Shown here in pieces: positions 9,816-19,745 of a stretch of 64,000 bases of DNA. Below the pieces are notes generated by a model that made no database searches, was not told where the DNA came from, and worked only from the letters and a program-made list of their open reading frames with translations. Position 1 is the stretch's first letter. Each line of letters starts with the position of its first letter. Made by a program: the position numbers and the translations under genes. The DNA lies in the IMG/VR virus record IMGVR_UViG_3300031555_005897, positions 12,039 through 76,038 of that record. One strand, written 5' to 3'. The stretch comes from a virus.

Positions 9816-10691
9816 ATGGGTCAATTTATTAACTGCCGGCAGATTGCTGCCGATATCAAAGCAGAAGTGAAGAAGGAAGTCGCAAATCTGTCGTTTACAC
9901 CAAAGCTGGCAATTATCCAGGTTGGCGATAATGAAGCTTCCAATACATATATTCGTGGTAAGACGAATGACTGCATCGAATGCGGTTTCGATTCTGTGTA
10001 TCACGCATTGGATGAAACCACCACTACCCTGCAGTTGGTTGATTTTATCGCCAGTCTCAATATGGACCACGACATCTGTGGCATCATCGTTCAGATGCCC
10101 GTGCCAGCTCATATCGACATGTCTCAGGTCGTATCTGCAATCAGACCCGAGAAAGATGTTGATGGATTGACCAGCAAGAATACTGGCGAGCTGTGGTCCC
10201 GTATTTTCAAACCTTACCATACCCCATGCACTGCAGCCGGTATCATTGAGGTATTGAAACGGTCTAATGTCAAGATCGATGGCGCACATGCGGTTATCCT
10301 CGGTCGCTCTGATATCGTAGGCCGTCCTGTTGCTGCAATGCTGCTGGATGAGAACGCAACCGTTACCATGTGCCATACTCATACCCCTGACATCATGAAG
10401 TATGTAAATGATGCCGACATCGTTGTAGCTGCAACTGGTAATGCCAATCTGATCAATACCAGAAACTACAGACCCAAGAAGGCCGGAAATGTGCTGATCG
10501 ACGTTGGTATTAACTACGATGATGACCATCGAATGGTCGGCGACATCGAAGGTTCCTGCGTTTATCAGGTCAGGCTGCAAACTCCTGTACCTGGCGGTAT
10601 TGGCCTGATTACTCGCGCCATGCTGATGAAGAATATGCTTCAGGCCGCACGTTATCGCGCCGCAATGGATCGAATCATCTCTGACCGCTAA
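9816..10691 (+). CDS. folD: Methylenetetrahydrofolate dehydrogenase/cyclohydrolase
   Basis: LAIIQVG, YIRGK, GIIVQMP, KDVDGL, PCTAAG, GRSDIVGRP, IDVGIN, TPVPGGIG motifs. Confidence 0.95.
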   Translation: MGQFINCRQIAADIKAEVKKEVANLSFTPKLAIIQVGDNEASNTYIRGKTNDCIECGFDSVYHALDETTTTLQLVDFIASLNMDHDICGIIVQMPVPAHIDMSQVVSAIRPEKDVDGLTSKNTGELWSRIFKPYHTPCTAAGIIEVLKRSNVKIDGAHAVILGRSDIVGRPVAAMLLDENATVTMCHTHTPDIMKYVNDADIVVAATGNANLINTRNYRPKKAGNVLIDVGINYDDDHRMVGDIEGSCVYQVRLQTPVPGGIGLITRAMLMKNMLQAARYRAAMDRIISDR

Positions 10692-10880
10692 ACCTTGCGG
10701 AGAAGAGATTCAAGAGTGAAATATCTCTTGAATCTCTTCTTTTTTTATATTTTTATTGGGCTCCAGAGGCATAAAACTTCGATTAAGAAATTACATTGCA
10801 ATATAATCCTTTTAGCAACACAGTAAGCTATTAGTGCCAAAACACCAAAAATAAACTCACAATCAGAAAGGCGGATAACT

Positions 10881-11777
10881 ATGGCAGACTATAATCAGAA
10901 TATGAATGGCGGCTCCGGCGTCGTGGAGGTTTCCACTAACTCTATCGCCCTGTTTGCCGCTGATAGCACGATGCTTCGCATTGGCTTCCGTGGGGACATG
11001 ATGTTCTTCACGATTATTCCCAAGGTGGCCGACCCCAATGGTGGTAAGCCCCGCTGGCCCAAGGAACTGGGTCATACCGCTTCTTTCCGTCCCCAGACTG
11101 CACTCGCTCTGTATGACGGCTTCCAGAAGAAAATCCTGCCCGATATCGCCGCGGGTGTTGATCATCCCGGTTATTGCGTCGTACCTCTGAACCGTGAAGC
11201 TTCCAATCTCTGCGGTTTCTCCTGGGCCGGCGGCCATGCATGTTTCACTATCTTCAATGGTGTCCGTGAGGATCGTACCTGCGGTGATCAGTACACCTTC
11301 ATGTTCGATCCCGTGACCCTGATCGATACTTACAATCCCAACACTGGTACTTACACTGTCGTGGAGAGTCAGGCTCAGCTGTACGTTATCATCGAGGCTC
11401 TGCGCACGTTTGGCATGTGCTCCACCGGTTCTATCGGTCACAGTGTCAAAAATGCAACTTCCTGGAACAGCGATATGATCCAGAGCCATCTGCGTTCTAT
11501 CGCAACCAAGCTTGGAGCCACTCCCGGCGAGTATGGCCGTTATCGCGGTTACAATGGCAACGGTGGCAATTATGGTAACGCACCCTTTGCAATGGATGCA
11601 CCTGCAGCTCAGCCCATTGGTAGCAGCAACTACAACCAGACTCCTCTGGCTGTTCCTGCAGCGATCGGTGCTAACGATACCGTCGCCTGGGGCAATGCTA
11701 TCCAGGACAGTGGTAATATCGGCCCCGGCGTTCCCGACGTGCATCAGGTTTCCAACCTCGAGAGTCTGATGGCTTAA
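10881..11777 (+). CDS. Hypothetical protein, possibly ssDNA-binding
   Basis: Strong codon bias; folded N-terminal part plus Gly/Asn/Pro-rich tail; function is a guess. Confidence 0.4.
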   Translation: MADYNQNMNGGSGVVEVSTNSIALFAADSTMLRIGFRGDMMFFTIIPKVADPNGGKPRWPKELGHTASFRPQTALALYDGFQKKILPDIAAGVDHPGYCVVPLNREASNLCGFSWAGGHACFTIFNGVREDRTCGDQYTFMFDPVTLIDTYNPNTGTYTVVESQAQLYVIIEALRTFGMCSTGSIGHSVKNATSWNSDMIQSHLRSIATKLGATPGEYGRYRGYNGNGGNYGNAPFAMDAPAAQPIGSSNYNQTPLAVPAAIGANDTVAWGNAIQDSGNIGPGVPDVHQVSNLESLMA

Positions 11778-11868
11778 AGAGAACTTCGCCCGTTTGGGCT
11801 TAAGAACGGGTATGATTCATTTCATACCCGTTCTTTTTTGTAAATACCACCGCCATTGAGGTGATACG

Positions 11869-12648
11869 ATGAATCCCAATATCTTTACACCCGACTATCT
11901 AAGACCGATACGATCAGGAAATCGAGACGAATACTTCCTGATTGAATTTCATCGTGTCTTTAAGAATACCAATATGTCGATCCTCCGTAATATGCTCGAG
12001 CGATCTCAAGATGATGAAGAAATTCTTCAACTCTTCCCGAATCTTATCGAATATGCTAAGATGCCAATTGATGCGCTATATAACGTAACTGTGATGTATA
12101 ATCATCCAGAACAGTTCGTGTTTAACCTTTCAAAGGAAACACTATCTATGGATATGTGTAGATCATTTGTAGAGGTTTTTAGAGAGCCTTACCATTTTGA
12201 ATATCTACATACGACGAGAATGGAAGCTATTCTGAGAAATCTAATCGAGCAGCAATTTGTCAAGAAAGTCTATCTGATCGCTGACAGATTTACAACGGAG
12301 ATGAAATCGTATTTGAGCTCTATGATTGACCCCGAGTATCTTGGCACGAAGGTTTCCGCAATTGAAGGAAATTTAATCGACGCATTCGATTCAATCCCGG
12401 AGCTTACGACGGTTTTCATGTCGGATTCTTGCGATTTCGAGACTTTGTATCAATATAATCCAGAACTTGTCAAAAATAAATTTTTCGTCATATACGATGG
12501 GTATGACAACCTCGAACCTGTGGATCCAAACGATCCACAAAGCCGAATGCAATATGCTAAGACTGAGTTAATCAATCGATTGGCGAAAGATCGAATCTGT
12601 GAAGTAGCATATGCATACCCATTTTGTATCGATAAAGAAACTGAATAA
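11869..12648 (+). CDS. Hypothetical protein upstream of the chaperonin
   Basis: RBS gaggtg; 259-aa ORF. Confidence 0.7.
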   Translation: MNPNIFTPDYLRPIRSGNRDEYFLIEFHRVFKNTNMSILRNMLERSQDDEEILQLFPNLIEYAKMPIDALYNVTVMYNHPEQFVFNLSKETLSMDMCRSFVEVFREPYHFEYLHTTRMEAILRNLIEQQFVKKVYLIADRFTTEMKSYLSSMIDPEYLGTKVSAIEGNLIDAFDSIPELTTVFMSDSCDFETLYQYNPELVKNKFFVIYDGYDNLEPVDPNDPQSRMQYAKTELINRLAKDRICEVAYAYPFCIDKETE

Positions 12649-12671
12649 CTTTTAGAAAGGACGATTCCCTT

Positions 12672-14720
12672 ATGAGCGCTTCTCAGTTTGAGAATATCGA
12701 AAAGGAAATTCGCATGGGTATGAACCTGATCGAACGTGATGAATTCACATCCACGATCAAGGCGATTTCCCATATTGCCGCAGAGACCGTGTGCAAGACT
12801 CTCGGTCCTTACGCGCATACCACCATCATCGATGATGGTAATTTCACATATCCCACCAAGGACGGTTGGTCCATTTTGCAGCGTCTGCGCTTCCAGGACC
12901 CCACCCATAATTCTATCTTCAACATGCTGAAGAATATCAGCTTCCGCATCGTGGATAAGGTCGGCGATGGCACTACTACCGCAATGGTTACTGCCGACCA
13001 TTTCATGCATCTGATCAGCGAAGGTCTGGATCAGGAAGGTGTTATGACCAAGTATCGTCAGGCGGATATCGTATCCGCTCTGAATGATGTTCGTGATATG
13101 ATCATTGCTGATCTGGAAAAGCACGCCATTCAGATCGCGCCCGATGCTACCGATGAGAATCCTCAGTATGAGGAAATCTATCGTGTGGCATATGTTTCCT
13201 CCAATGGAAATGAGAAGCTGGCCCGCATCATGCAAGAGATCTACCAGAAGACCCACAATCCCAATATTCTGGTGGATATGGACGGCGGCAAGGACCTGAC
13301 CTATGAAATTCAGACAGGTTATCGTCTGGACTGCCAGTTCCTGATGCATGAGCGCTACAGCAACACCACCGAGCACTACTACGATACTATGGGTCGCCCC
13401 CATAATATCGCGGTCTTCGATCACAACGTTTCCTATCAGAAGCACGCTGCTCTGATCGAAGCCATGCTCCAGGATTCCACCCGTCAGCAGCGTCCTCTGA
13501 TTCTGATGGCACCGTACTTCGACGATATTATCTCTTCCATGTTTGCAACTCTGATTCAGGAGAATCTGAAGAAGAACCCCAATGCAATTCCTGGTTTGAT
13601 GATCATTCAGATTCCTGAAATGACCAGAGCCGCGCAGCGTAACGCCATGTCCGACTTCGCGACTCTGTCTGGCGTCACTCCAATCAATGCAACCAAGGTC
13701 AAGGTCTTTGAGGAGATGCGTTACAACGCATCTGCTCCTGAGGGCGAACAGATCCATGATAAGGCCATGGAACTGGAAGAATACCACTTCACCACTGCTC
13801 AGCAGTTGGTTACCACCTGCTATGGTACCATCTACAATGCAACCATCGGCAAGTCCTTCTTCTCTCTGAAGGATTATAATACCGATTCTATTCTGTACAA
13901 GGAGAGATATGCTCAGGTTAAGGCCGAGTTTGATAAGGCCAAGAAGGATGTGGAGAATTCTCCCACCAATTTGACCAAGGCCTTCCTGGAAGCATCTCAG
14001 CGTCTAAATAAGCTGTCTGGAGCGTTGGGTGTTATCCATGTCGGTGGTGTAACCGAGCTGGAGCGTCAGTGTACCAGAGACGTTGTCGACGATACCTTCC
14101 TGGCGTGCCGCTCTGCATATGAGAATGGCGTTGTCGCTGGTCTGAACCTCGGTGTTATGACTGCAATGTTCCGCGTTGGAAATGAGCGTGCTAACACCAT
14201 GAGTGAGCTGCAGAAGTTTGCTCTGAATACTCTAGCCAACGCGTATCTGGCAACATCTGAGGATATCCTGGCCAATAAATATCCCAACGGCAATGATGAA
14301 AAGCCTTGGAAGTTCGTCAATGGGGAAACCTTTGGCAATCACGACTTTATTTATCAGCTGATCAACGCGCTGAGCAACGGCGACATCTCCAGCTACGATA
14401 TCGTGAACGAGGAATGCTGTACCGATAAGATCCCCGCAGTCTGTAACTCTGTATCTACGGATATTGAGATTCTGTATGGCATCACCGGCATTCTGGGAAT
14501 GGTTATGACCAGTGACCAGTATATGTCTGTGAGCCGTATGTATGATAAGACTGCGGCTATCCGGCAGCAGGAAACTATCAATGAGCGGGCAACTGCCAAC
14601 ACCGTGAATACCATTCTGACTGCGGTCGATAAGTATATCGACACAAATGGTACCTCTGGCATTGTCAACTTCCTGAATGCTTTTAAGCCTATTGATCCCA
14701 GACGGGAAATTCTCGATTAA
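12672..14720 (+). CDS. groEL: Phage chaperonin (GroEL/Cpn60-like)
   Basis: TLGP, TKDG, GDGTTTA, IHVGG-TELE...DD, GVVAG motifs; divergent, no GGM tail. Confidence 0.9.
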   Translation: MSASQFENIEKEIRMGMNLIERDEFTSTIKAISHIAAETVCKTLGPYAHTTIIDDGNFTYPTKDGWSILQRLRFQDPTHNSIFNMLKNISFRIVDKVGDGTTTAMVTADHFMHLISEGLDQEGVMTKYRQADIVSALNDVRDMIIADLEKHAIQIAPDATDENPQYEEIYRVAYVSSNGNEKLARIMQEIYQKTHNPNILVDMDGGKDLTYEIQTGYRLDCQFLMHERYSNTTEHYYDTMGRPHNIAVFDHNVSYQKHAALIEAMLQDSTRQQRPLILMAPYFDDIISSMFATLIQENLKKNPNAIPGLMIIQIPEMTRAAQRNAMSDFATLSGVTPINATKVKVFEEMRYNASAPEGEQIHDKAMELEEYHFTTAQQLVTTCYGTIYNATIGKSFFSLKDYNTDSILYKERYAQVKAEFDKAKKDVENSPTNLTKAFLEASQRLNKLSGALGVIHVGGVTELERQCTRDVVDDTFLACRSAYENGVVAGLNLGVMTAMFRVGNERANTMSELQKFALNTLANAYLATSEDILANKYPNGNDEKPWKFVNGETFGNHDFIYQLINALSNGDISSYDIVNEECCTDKIPAVCNSVSTDIEILYGITGILGMVMTSDQYMSVSRMYDKTAAIRQQETINERATANTVNTILTAVDKYIDTNGTSGIVNFLNAFKPIDPRREILD

Positions 14721-14771
14721 GCCGTGTTTATGCTTCGATGAAACCTAGATAGGTTTCATCGAAGCATTTAA

Positions 14772-14854
14772 TCAGTCCTGTAAGGACTGTTTATCGACAT
14801 TATTTCCTGAGCGCTACACAAAGTGGAGTCGCGCTCAGGACAAATTAAGCGATT
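14772..14854 (+). promoter_or_regulatory. Cassette leader 3 (near-identical to 1592-1677)
   Basis: tcagtcctgtaaggactgttt identical to 1592-1612; hairpin 14804-14839 differs at 2 of 36 positions from 1624-1659. Confidence 0.7.
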
Positions 14855-15199
14855 ATGGCAGAATCATTAGGCACCGCATTCATGTATAGTACAAATAACA
14901 TTGATGCGAATTCGTTGATTAATATTATTCAAGACCATAAATCTCATTTATATACAATCTCAGTTTGTAATAATACTAAAACCATCACATTCAATCAGTC
15001 ATATTCAGCGTTTATTATATGGACCATGTGTATTTGTGGAACATATTATCCATTAATTGGATCATCTATTTTGCTTCCAGACGCATCCGTGACTCTTATC
15101 TCGAATCATGGAAGCATATCGTTTACAAACACATCGTGTACTGCAAACACAACACAAAATACATATTCTATTGAAGCTACAATTCTTGGAATTCCTTAA
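14855..15199 (+). CDS. Small protein, 'MADA' cassette family
   Basis: Starts MAESLG; AT-rich; Ser/Thr/Ile/Asn-rich. Confidence 0.6.
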   Translation: MAESLGTAFMYSTNNIDANSLINIIQDHKSHLYTISVCNNTKTITFNQSYSAFIIWTMCICGTYYPLIGSSILLPDASVTLISNHGSISFTNTSCTANTTQNTYSIEATILGIP

Positions 15200-15245
15200 A
15201 TAAAAAAGAAGCTCCTAACCGATCGGTTAGGAGCTTTAGATCACG

Positions 15246-16550
15246 TTAAGCCTTACGGACAATCAGCATCTGGAGCGTGAAAGCCGTAGTAGGAGCCGTG
15301 GTGAAGGCATACAGCGTAATGCTGTTAGCCGCAGTCGTGATGCGATTGACATTTGCAAAGGCTTTGCCCTGCAGAGTCGCAGCACTCACATCAGACGACA
15401 TAACGATACCCACAACGGGAACGTCGGTAGCGAGAACGCCAGAAGCAGTCACAGTCTTCATGTAACCGCCAGAGGAGTTTGCACTCCAAGAGGTGTTGAC
15501 GCTGACATTGATCAATGTCATCGTGGCGCCACCAAGCGCCGCGAGAGCAGCTGCAGCGGTAGTAGCACCGGTACCGCCCTTGGCGATAGTCAGTGTACCC
15601 GTGCATGCGGTAAGAGCATGAGAGTGAGAAGATGCTGCCGCACCGAGATTAGCCAGGGTAATACCCAGGTTTGTACGTGCGGTAGCGGCATCGGTAGCTC
15701 CAGTACCACCCTTTGCAACGGTAAGGGTACCGGTACATGCCGTGAGGGCGTGAGAGTGGGAAGAAGCAGCAGCGCCTAGATTGGCCAAGGTAATACCCAG
15801 GTTAGTTCTCGCAGTAGCGGCATCAGTTGCGCCGGTACCACCCTTCGCGACGGTCAGGGTGCCAGTGCAATCAGTCAGCGCATGACTATGAGAAGCGGCG
15901 GCGGCTCCAATATTGGCAGGAGTAATACCGAGATTAGTGCGAGCATCAGCCGCAGTAGTAGCACCGGTACCGCCCTTGGTAAGAGCAAGAGTTCCAGTGC
16001 AATCAGCCAAAGCGTGGCTATGGCCGGAGGCGGCGGCGCCCAGATTTGCCAGAGTAATACCCAGATTACTTCTGGCTGTAGCAGCATCGGTAGCACCGGT
16101 ACCGCCCTTAGCGACGGGGTTTGCGCCCGTGAATCCAGTCCAATCGCTGATACCAGCAGCATTCTTCATCAGAATCCAGTTGGTACCATCGTATGTGAAC
16201 AGGCAGGTCTCTTCTGCGATCCAAGCGCTAGCAACAGCGGTGTCTCCGAGCCATACGACATTCTTAGCACCGGTGCTATTGACGTTCAGGGATGCAGTAC
16301 CTGCAGTGTTAGCGTAGGTGAATTTAATTGCGATCTTAGCACCTGCGACCAGTTTGAAGCCAGCACAGGTTACCACTTTGGCGGTGGTACCAGCGGCGGT
16401 CGCACACGTGCCGTAATACTTTGCCTCAGTGGACGCTGTCTGAGCAGCGCTTAATGCACTTTCGGCAGTCCCCTTGACAGCATTCACCAAGGCTTGGACT
16501 TTCGTTACAAGCGCGGTGAACGCAGTGGTACCGCCATACTTGTAAGCCAT
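15246..16550 (-). CDS. Tail/head fibre protein with 44-aa GGTGAT...HSH repeats
   Basis: RBS aggagg before ATG 16550 (MAYKY); fibre-type repeats with HxH motif; Ala/Thr-rich. Confidence 0.85.
   Translation of the reverse strand: MAYKYGGTTAFTALVTKVQALVNAVKGTAESALSAAQTASTEAKYYGTCATAAGTTAKVVTCAGFKLVAGAKIAIKFTYANTAGTASLNVNSTGAKNVVWLGDTAVASAWIAEETCLFTYDGTNWILMKNAAGISDWTGFTGANPVAKGGTGATDAATARSNLGITLANLGAAASGHSHALADCTGTLALTKGGTGATTAADARTNLGITPANIGAAAASHSHALTDCTGTLTVAKGGTGATDAATARTNLGITLANLGAAASSHSHALTACTGTLTVAKGGTGATDAATARTNLGITLANLGAAASSHSHALTACTGTLTIAKGGTGATTAAAALAALGGATMTLINVSVNTSWSANSSGGYMKTVTASGVLATDVPVVGIVMSSDVSAATLQGKAFANVNRITTAANSITLYAFTTAPTTAFTLQMLIVRKA
15594..16121 (-). repeat. Four tandem 132-bp (44-codon) coding repeats plus a partial fifth
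   Basis: Unit LTVAKGGTGATDAATARTNLGITLANLGAAASSHSHALTACTGT. Confidence 0.9.
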
Positions 16551-16649
16551 AAGTAACCGCCTCCTTAGGTGAACGTCACTCAATTAGAGGATTAGGGAGG
16601 TAGATGCCTCTACCTCCCTAATATTGAGTGCATGAGACTGAAGCAAAGA

Positions 16650-17348
16650 TTAGGCGAACAGGGCGTCGACCTCAGCAGCGGTGATCTCCACCATGTCGGT
16701 CTTCAGGACGTAGTCAGCCAGCTTGGTGGTGAACAGGTTGTCGACCTCGGACTTGGTGTAGTAGTTGGAGAAGTCCACGACGGTGTCGCCGATGACTTCC
16801 CAAGCGCCGTTCAGATACATATACTCGGTATAGGCATCCTGGCCGTTGGCAGTATCCTTGGCCACCAGGTAGATGGTGGTAGCGGAGATGTCAGCGGTGG
16901 GCAGCTGAGCGACGATCTCATACTTCAGGTGGTTGGCAGCGGCCACAGCGGAAGCGATGGCGGAATCGGCCTCGCCCTTGGTGTAGTAGCCAGCCAGAGC
17001 GGTGGTGATGGCGTTGGACACCTGATCGGCGTTCTGGAAGTTGCTGTCGTTGGTCAGCTCAGAGACCTTGGTAGCAACGGTGATGGCAGCGATACGGGTC
17101 TCGCCGTCGACCTGGACGGGAGTGCCGTTGACGGTCAGACCGACGATCACGTTCTTCTCAGCATCAGCGGGAGCGTGAGCAGCCTGGCTGTGGTTGTAGG
17201 CGGCATCATAGTTGGCCTTCAGCTCATTGGTCAGATCGTTGGTGGACAGACCCTTACCAGCGACGACGTCGACCTTGCCGTTCAGCAGTTCCTTAACCTT
17301 GACGACCAGCTCCTGCAGAGCGGCGTTAGAAGCATACTTATAAGCCAT
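16650..17348 (-). CDS. Virion fibre/decoration protein, probably abundant
   Basis: KVDVVAGKGLSTND, KVSELTND and YYTK-E-D fibre motifs; extreme codon bias. Confidence 0.75.
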   Translation of the reverse strand: MAYKYASNAALQELVVKVKELLNGKVDVVAGKGLSTNDLTNELKANYDAAYNHSQAAHAPADAEKNVIVGLTVNGTPVQVDGETRIAAITVATKVSELTNDSNFQNADQVSNAITTALAGYYTKGEADSAIASAVAAANHLKYEIVAQLPTADISATTIYLVAKDTANGQDAYTEYMYLNGAWEVIGDTVVDFSNYYTKSEVDNLFTTKLADYVLKTDMVEITAAEVDALFA

Positions 17349-17457
17349 AGTAAATTCTCTCCTTCAAAATAAAATTATGAGAATCAAATGTTGAAATATA
17401 TCACACACGTTGTATGAAGATCATGCAACGTGACATGATCTCTTTATATGGGAGTTG

Positions 17458-17985
17458 TTAATTTGCGATACTCCTCACAGTAGTGGGAGTGGAAGTGGAT
17501 TTATGCGATACTGCACGGCTTGCATTGAGCAAACTGTACACCACAGCTGTATCAGTGCCGAACACATCAGCGAAGATCTGATCGACTTCCTCAGCAGTGA
17601 TTTCCTGAGCAGAATCGAAGCCATCGTTGGTATCCCAGATACCCCAAGTCTGGCCCGCGTTGGTAGACTCTCGAGTATACATCATGCCAGCGGCATTCAG
17701 GGTCTGAACCAGTTTCCCGGATTCAGATCCATCATTAACCTTAGACACGTAAATGTAGACAGGAGAAATCTCAGACACACCAGTGGGAGCGGTGACGGCA
17801 TAAACATATGCTGCTTTGTAAATGCCGACGACACGCAGGAAATCCAGGTTATAGGGATTGGCCTCAGTCGACTCAAGTTCGATAATTCCACCACCAAGGG
17901 CACTAACGTCCAGATCCTGAATCTTGGCAATAGCCTCATCAACCTCCGGACCAGTGTAACCAAGGGTATAAATCTTGGAACTCAT
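17458..17985 (-). CDS. Probable virion fibre-associated protein
   Basis: YTGPEVDEAI N-terminus; late motif at 18015-18026; RBS ggagg. Confidence 0.6.
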   Translation of the reverse strand: MSSKIYTLGYTGPEVDEAIAKIQDLDVSALGGGIIELESTEANPYNLDFLRVVGIYKAAYVYAVTAPTGVSEISPVYIYVSKVNDGSESGKLVQTLNAAGMMYTRESTNAGQTWGIWDTNDGFDSAQEITAEEVDQIFADVFGTDTAVVYSLLNASRAVSHKSTSTPTTVRSIAN

Positions 17986-18026
17986 GAGACTTGACCTCCC
18001 TCGTATGGATATCGTTATCTACATGT

Positions 18027-19175
18027 TTACAAAGCTCCAGATGGGGCTTTTTCGCTTTCATCCCAGGGTTCATCGATACAAACGAGCCCATTTCGTTTCA
18101 ACTTTTGAAGTGCGATTTCATTATCGACACCCGCTTTATCAAGTGCAACGTATCGTTTTACAAAATACTTTTTAGATCCAGTTAAGTTCGTTCGAGCGAA
18201 AATGTAAGTATCGGTATGGTCAAGATATCCACAGTAACTAATCATTGATGCGAGGGCATGTTTCGTTGCTGGATTACGAACTCGACGATTTGCCTTTACG
18301 ATATTGGAGAGAATAGCTTTACGAATACCAGTTCTATTATGGTAGATACGGAATCCGCAGATATCGATTCCACGTTCTTCTACTCTAAATACCTGGTAAT
18401 TTTCTTTCAATTCTAATTTGAGATAATCCCACAAATATTCACTAATCTTTTCACGAATCTTGTGGAGCTTTCGTTTATTACTACCACAAATTACAATATC
18501 ATCAACGTAACGAACGTAGCAATCAACTTTCAATTTCTCTTTTACAAATCGATCGAAGTCTTCCAGGTAAAAGTTGGAGAACCATTGCGATGTGTAATAT
18601 CCAATGGGTAATCCTTCATTTACACTATAGATGACTCGATCGATAATTTCGAGCATTCTTGGATCTTTGATCTTCCGTCTAAATTGCAAACATAAAATAT
18701 CCTGATCAATAGACTGGAAGAAATGATGGATGTCCATCTTAAGACAAAATTTATATTTCGTAGCCCCATTTGGACTACGAAGTTTCTTTTCGAGATAGCG
18801 CTTAACATGATGAGGTCCACGACCAGGAATACTACCAGAGCAATGAGAATACATCCCTTTCAAAATAACAGAGTCAAGTACCATCATCATTGCCCAATGT
18901 ATAAGCTGATCTGGATAAATTTCGGGCGCTTGGACATCGCGAACTTTGCCAGATAGGCCATCGACAACTTTGAAGCAGTGAGGAGGTGAAGGTTCAAACA
19001 TTTCTTCGGTTAAAAGAAATTGAATGTATTCTACCACCTCATCTTCATGTTCGAGTAATTTCGTGGTGAATGCGCTAGGTGTTGATTTCTTCCGCCTCAA
19101 CGCGTTATGAAAAGCTGCATGTAAATGATCGATTTCACAGATTTTATCATATAGATAGCCAACACGCTTGGGCAT
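18027..19175 (-). CDS. DGR reverse transcriptase
   Basis: KMDIHHFF, GLPIGYYTSQ (DGR-type SQ) and YVRYVDD motifs; adjacent TR/VR pair. Confidence 0.95.
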   Translation of the reverse strand: MPKRVGYLYDKICEIDHLHAAFHNALRRKKSTPSAFTTKLLEHEDEVVEYIQFLLTEEMFEPSPPHCFKVVDGLSGKVRDVQAPEIYPDQLIHWAMMMVLDSVILKGMYSHCSGSIPGRGPHHVKRYLEKKLRSPNGATKYKFCLKMDIHHFFQSIDQDILCLQFRRKIKDPRMLEIIDRVIYSVNEGLPIGYYTSQWFSNFYLEDFDRFVKEKLKVDCYVRYVDDIVICGSNKRKLHKIREKISEYLWDYLKLELKENYQVFRVEERGIDICGFRIYHNRTGIRKAILSNIVKANRRVRNPATKHALASMISYCGYLDHTDTYIFARTNLTGSKKYFVKRYVALDKAGVDNEIALQKLKRNGLVCIDEPWDESEKAPSGAL

Positions 19176-19612
19176 AATTGTCGACCCTCTTTAATATGTA
19201 TTTTTATTGCGATTATTTAGATGCCACTCGTAGTTCTTCATAATATAGCCGTTCATGGTCTGGATTTAACATCCAGCCTCACGCCGGTTCGACATGCTCG
19301 CACCCTACTAGGACGTGTCCATGCGGCCAATTTCCACCAAGGGGTGAGGTTACCGATACAAACATAATCCAATCAAAAAGATCAGAAGGTTGGATAGGGA
19401 GGCGTGTGACCTCCACTTATGCGGGATGTTAGCAGGCCGACAGGCGGCCCCCGATGTTCGTGTTCGTGTTCGACGCCGCATTGTTGACATTGCAATAGAG
19501 CGGGCCAGCATTCAGGCCATTGTTCCAATTGCCGCCGACATTGCACACGTTGCCAGCTGTAGAGTTCAGGTTCCAGTTGTCGGGCGGAGTATCGATAACC
19601 CATCTTACGATT
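19176..19612 (-). ncRNA. Putative DGR template RNA (TR plus spacer)
   Basis: GCA-N6-TAA motif at 19611-19622 (minus) upstream of TR; about 250-nt non-coding spacer before RT. Confidence 0.6.
19424..19584 (-). repeat. DGR template repeat (TR), 161 bp
   Basis: Ungapped match to 20784-20944; 15 AAY codons in the target frame. Confidence 0.95.
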
Positions 19613-19649
19613 AAATACTTGCTAGATGGTCAAATATATAAACGATTTG

Positions 19650-19661
19650 ACATATACCTAA
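19650..19661 (+). promoter_or_regulatory. Putative late promoter of the DGR target
   Basis: ttgACAtataccTAA. Confidence 0.6.
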
Positions 19662-19745
19662 GTTATGACGTCTTTCATGAAAGGTGAATGGTAGTTTGAA
19701 ACCAATTCGCCTATGCCTGATTGCACATCGTGCTTAATCATTATT

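Noticed and set aside
18027..19175. RT as a group II intron or retron enzyme
   Set aside because: The SQ motif, the size and an adenine-specific TR/VR pair identify it as a DGR RT; no maturase domain seen
19382..19614. 73-74 aa ORFs over the TR as avd or other genes
   Set aside because: They are incidental frames across the template repeat with no RBS and no Avd-like helical character
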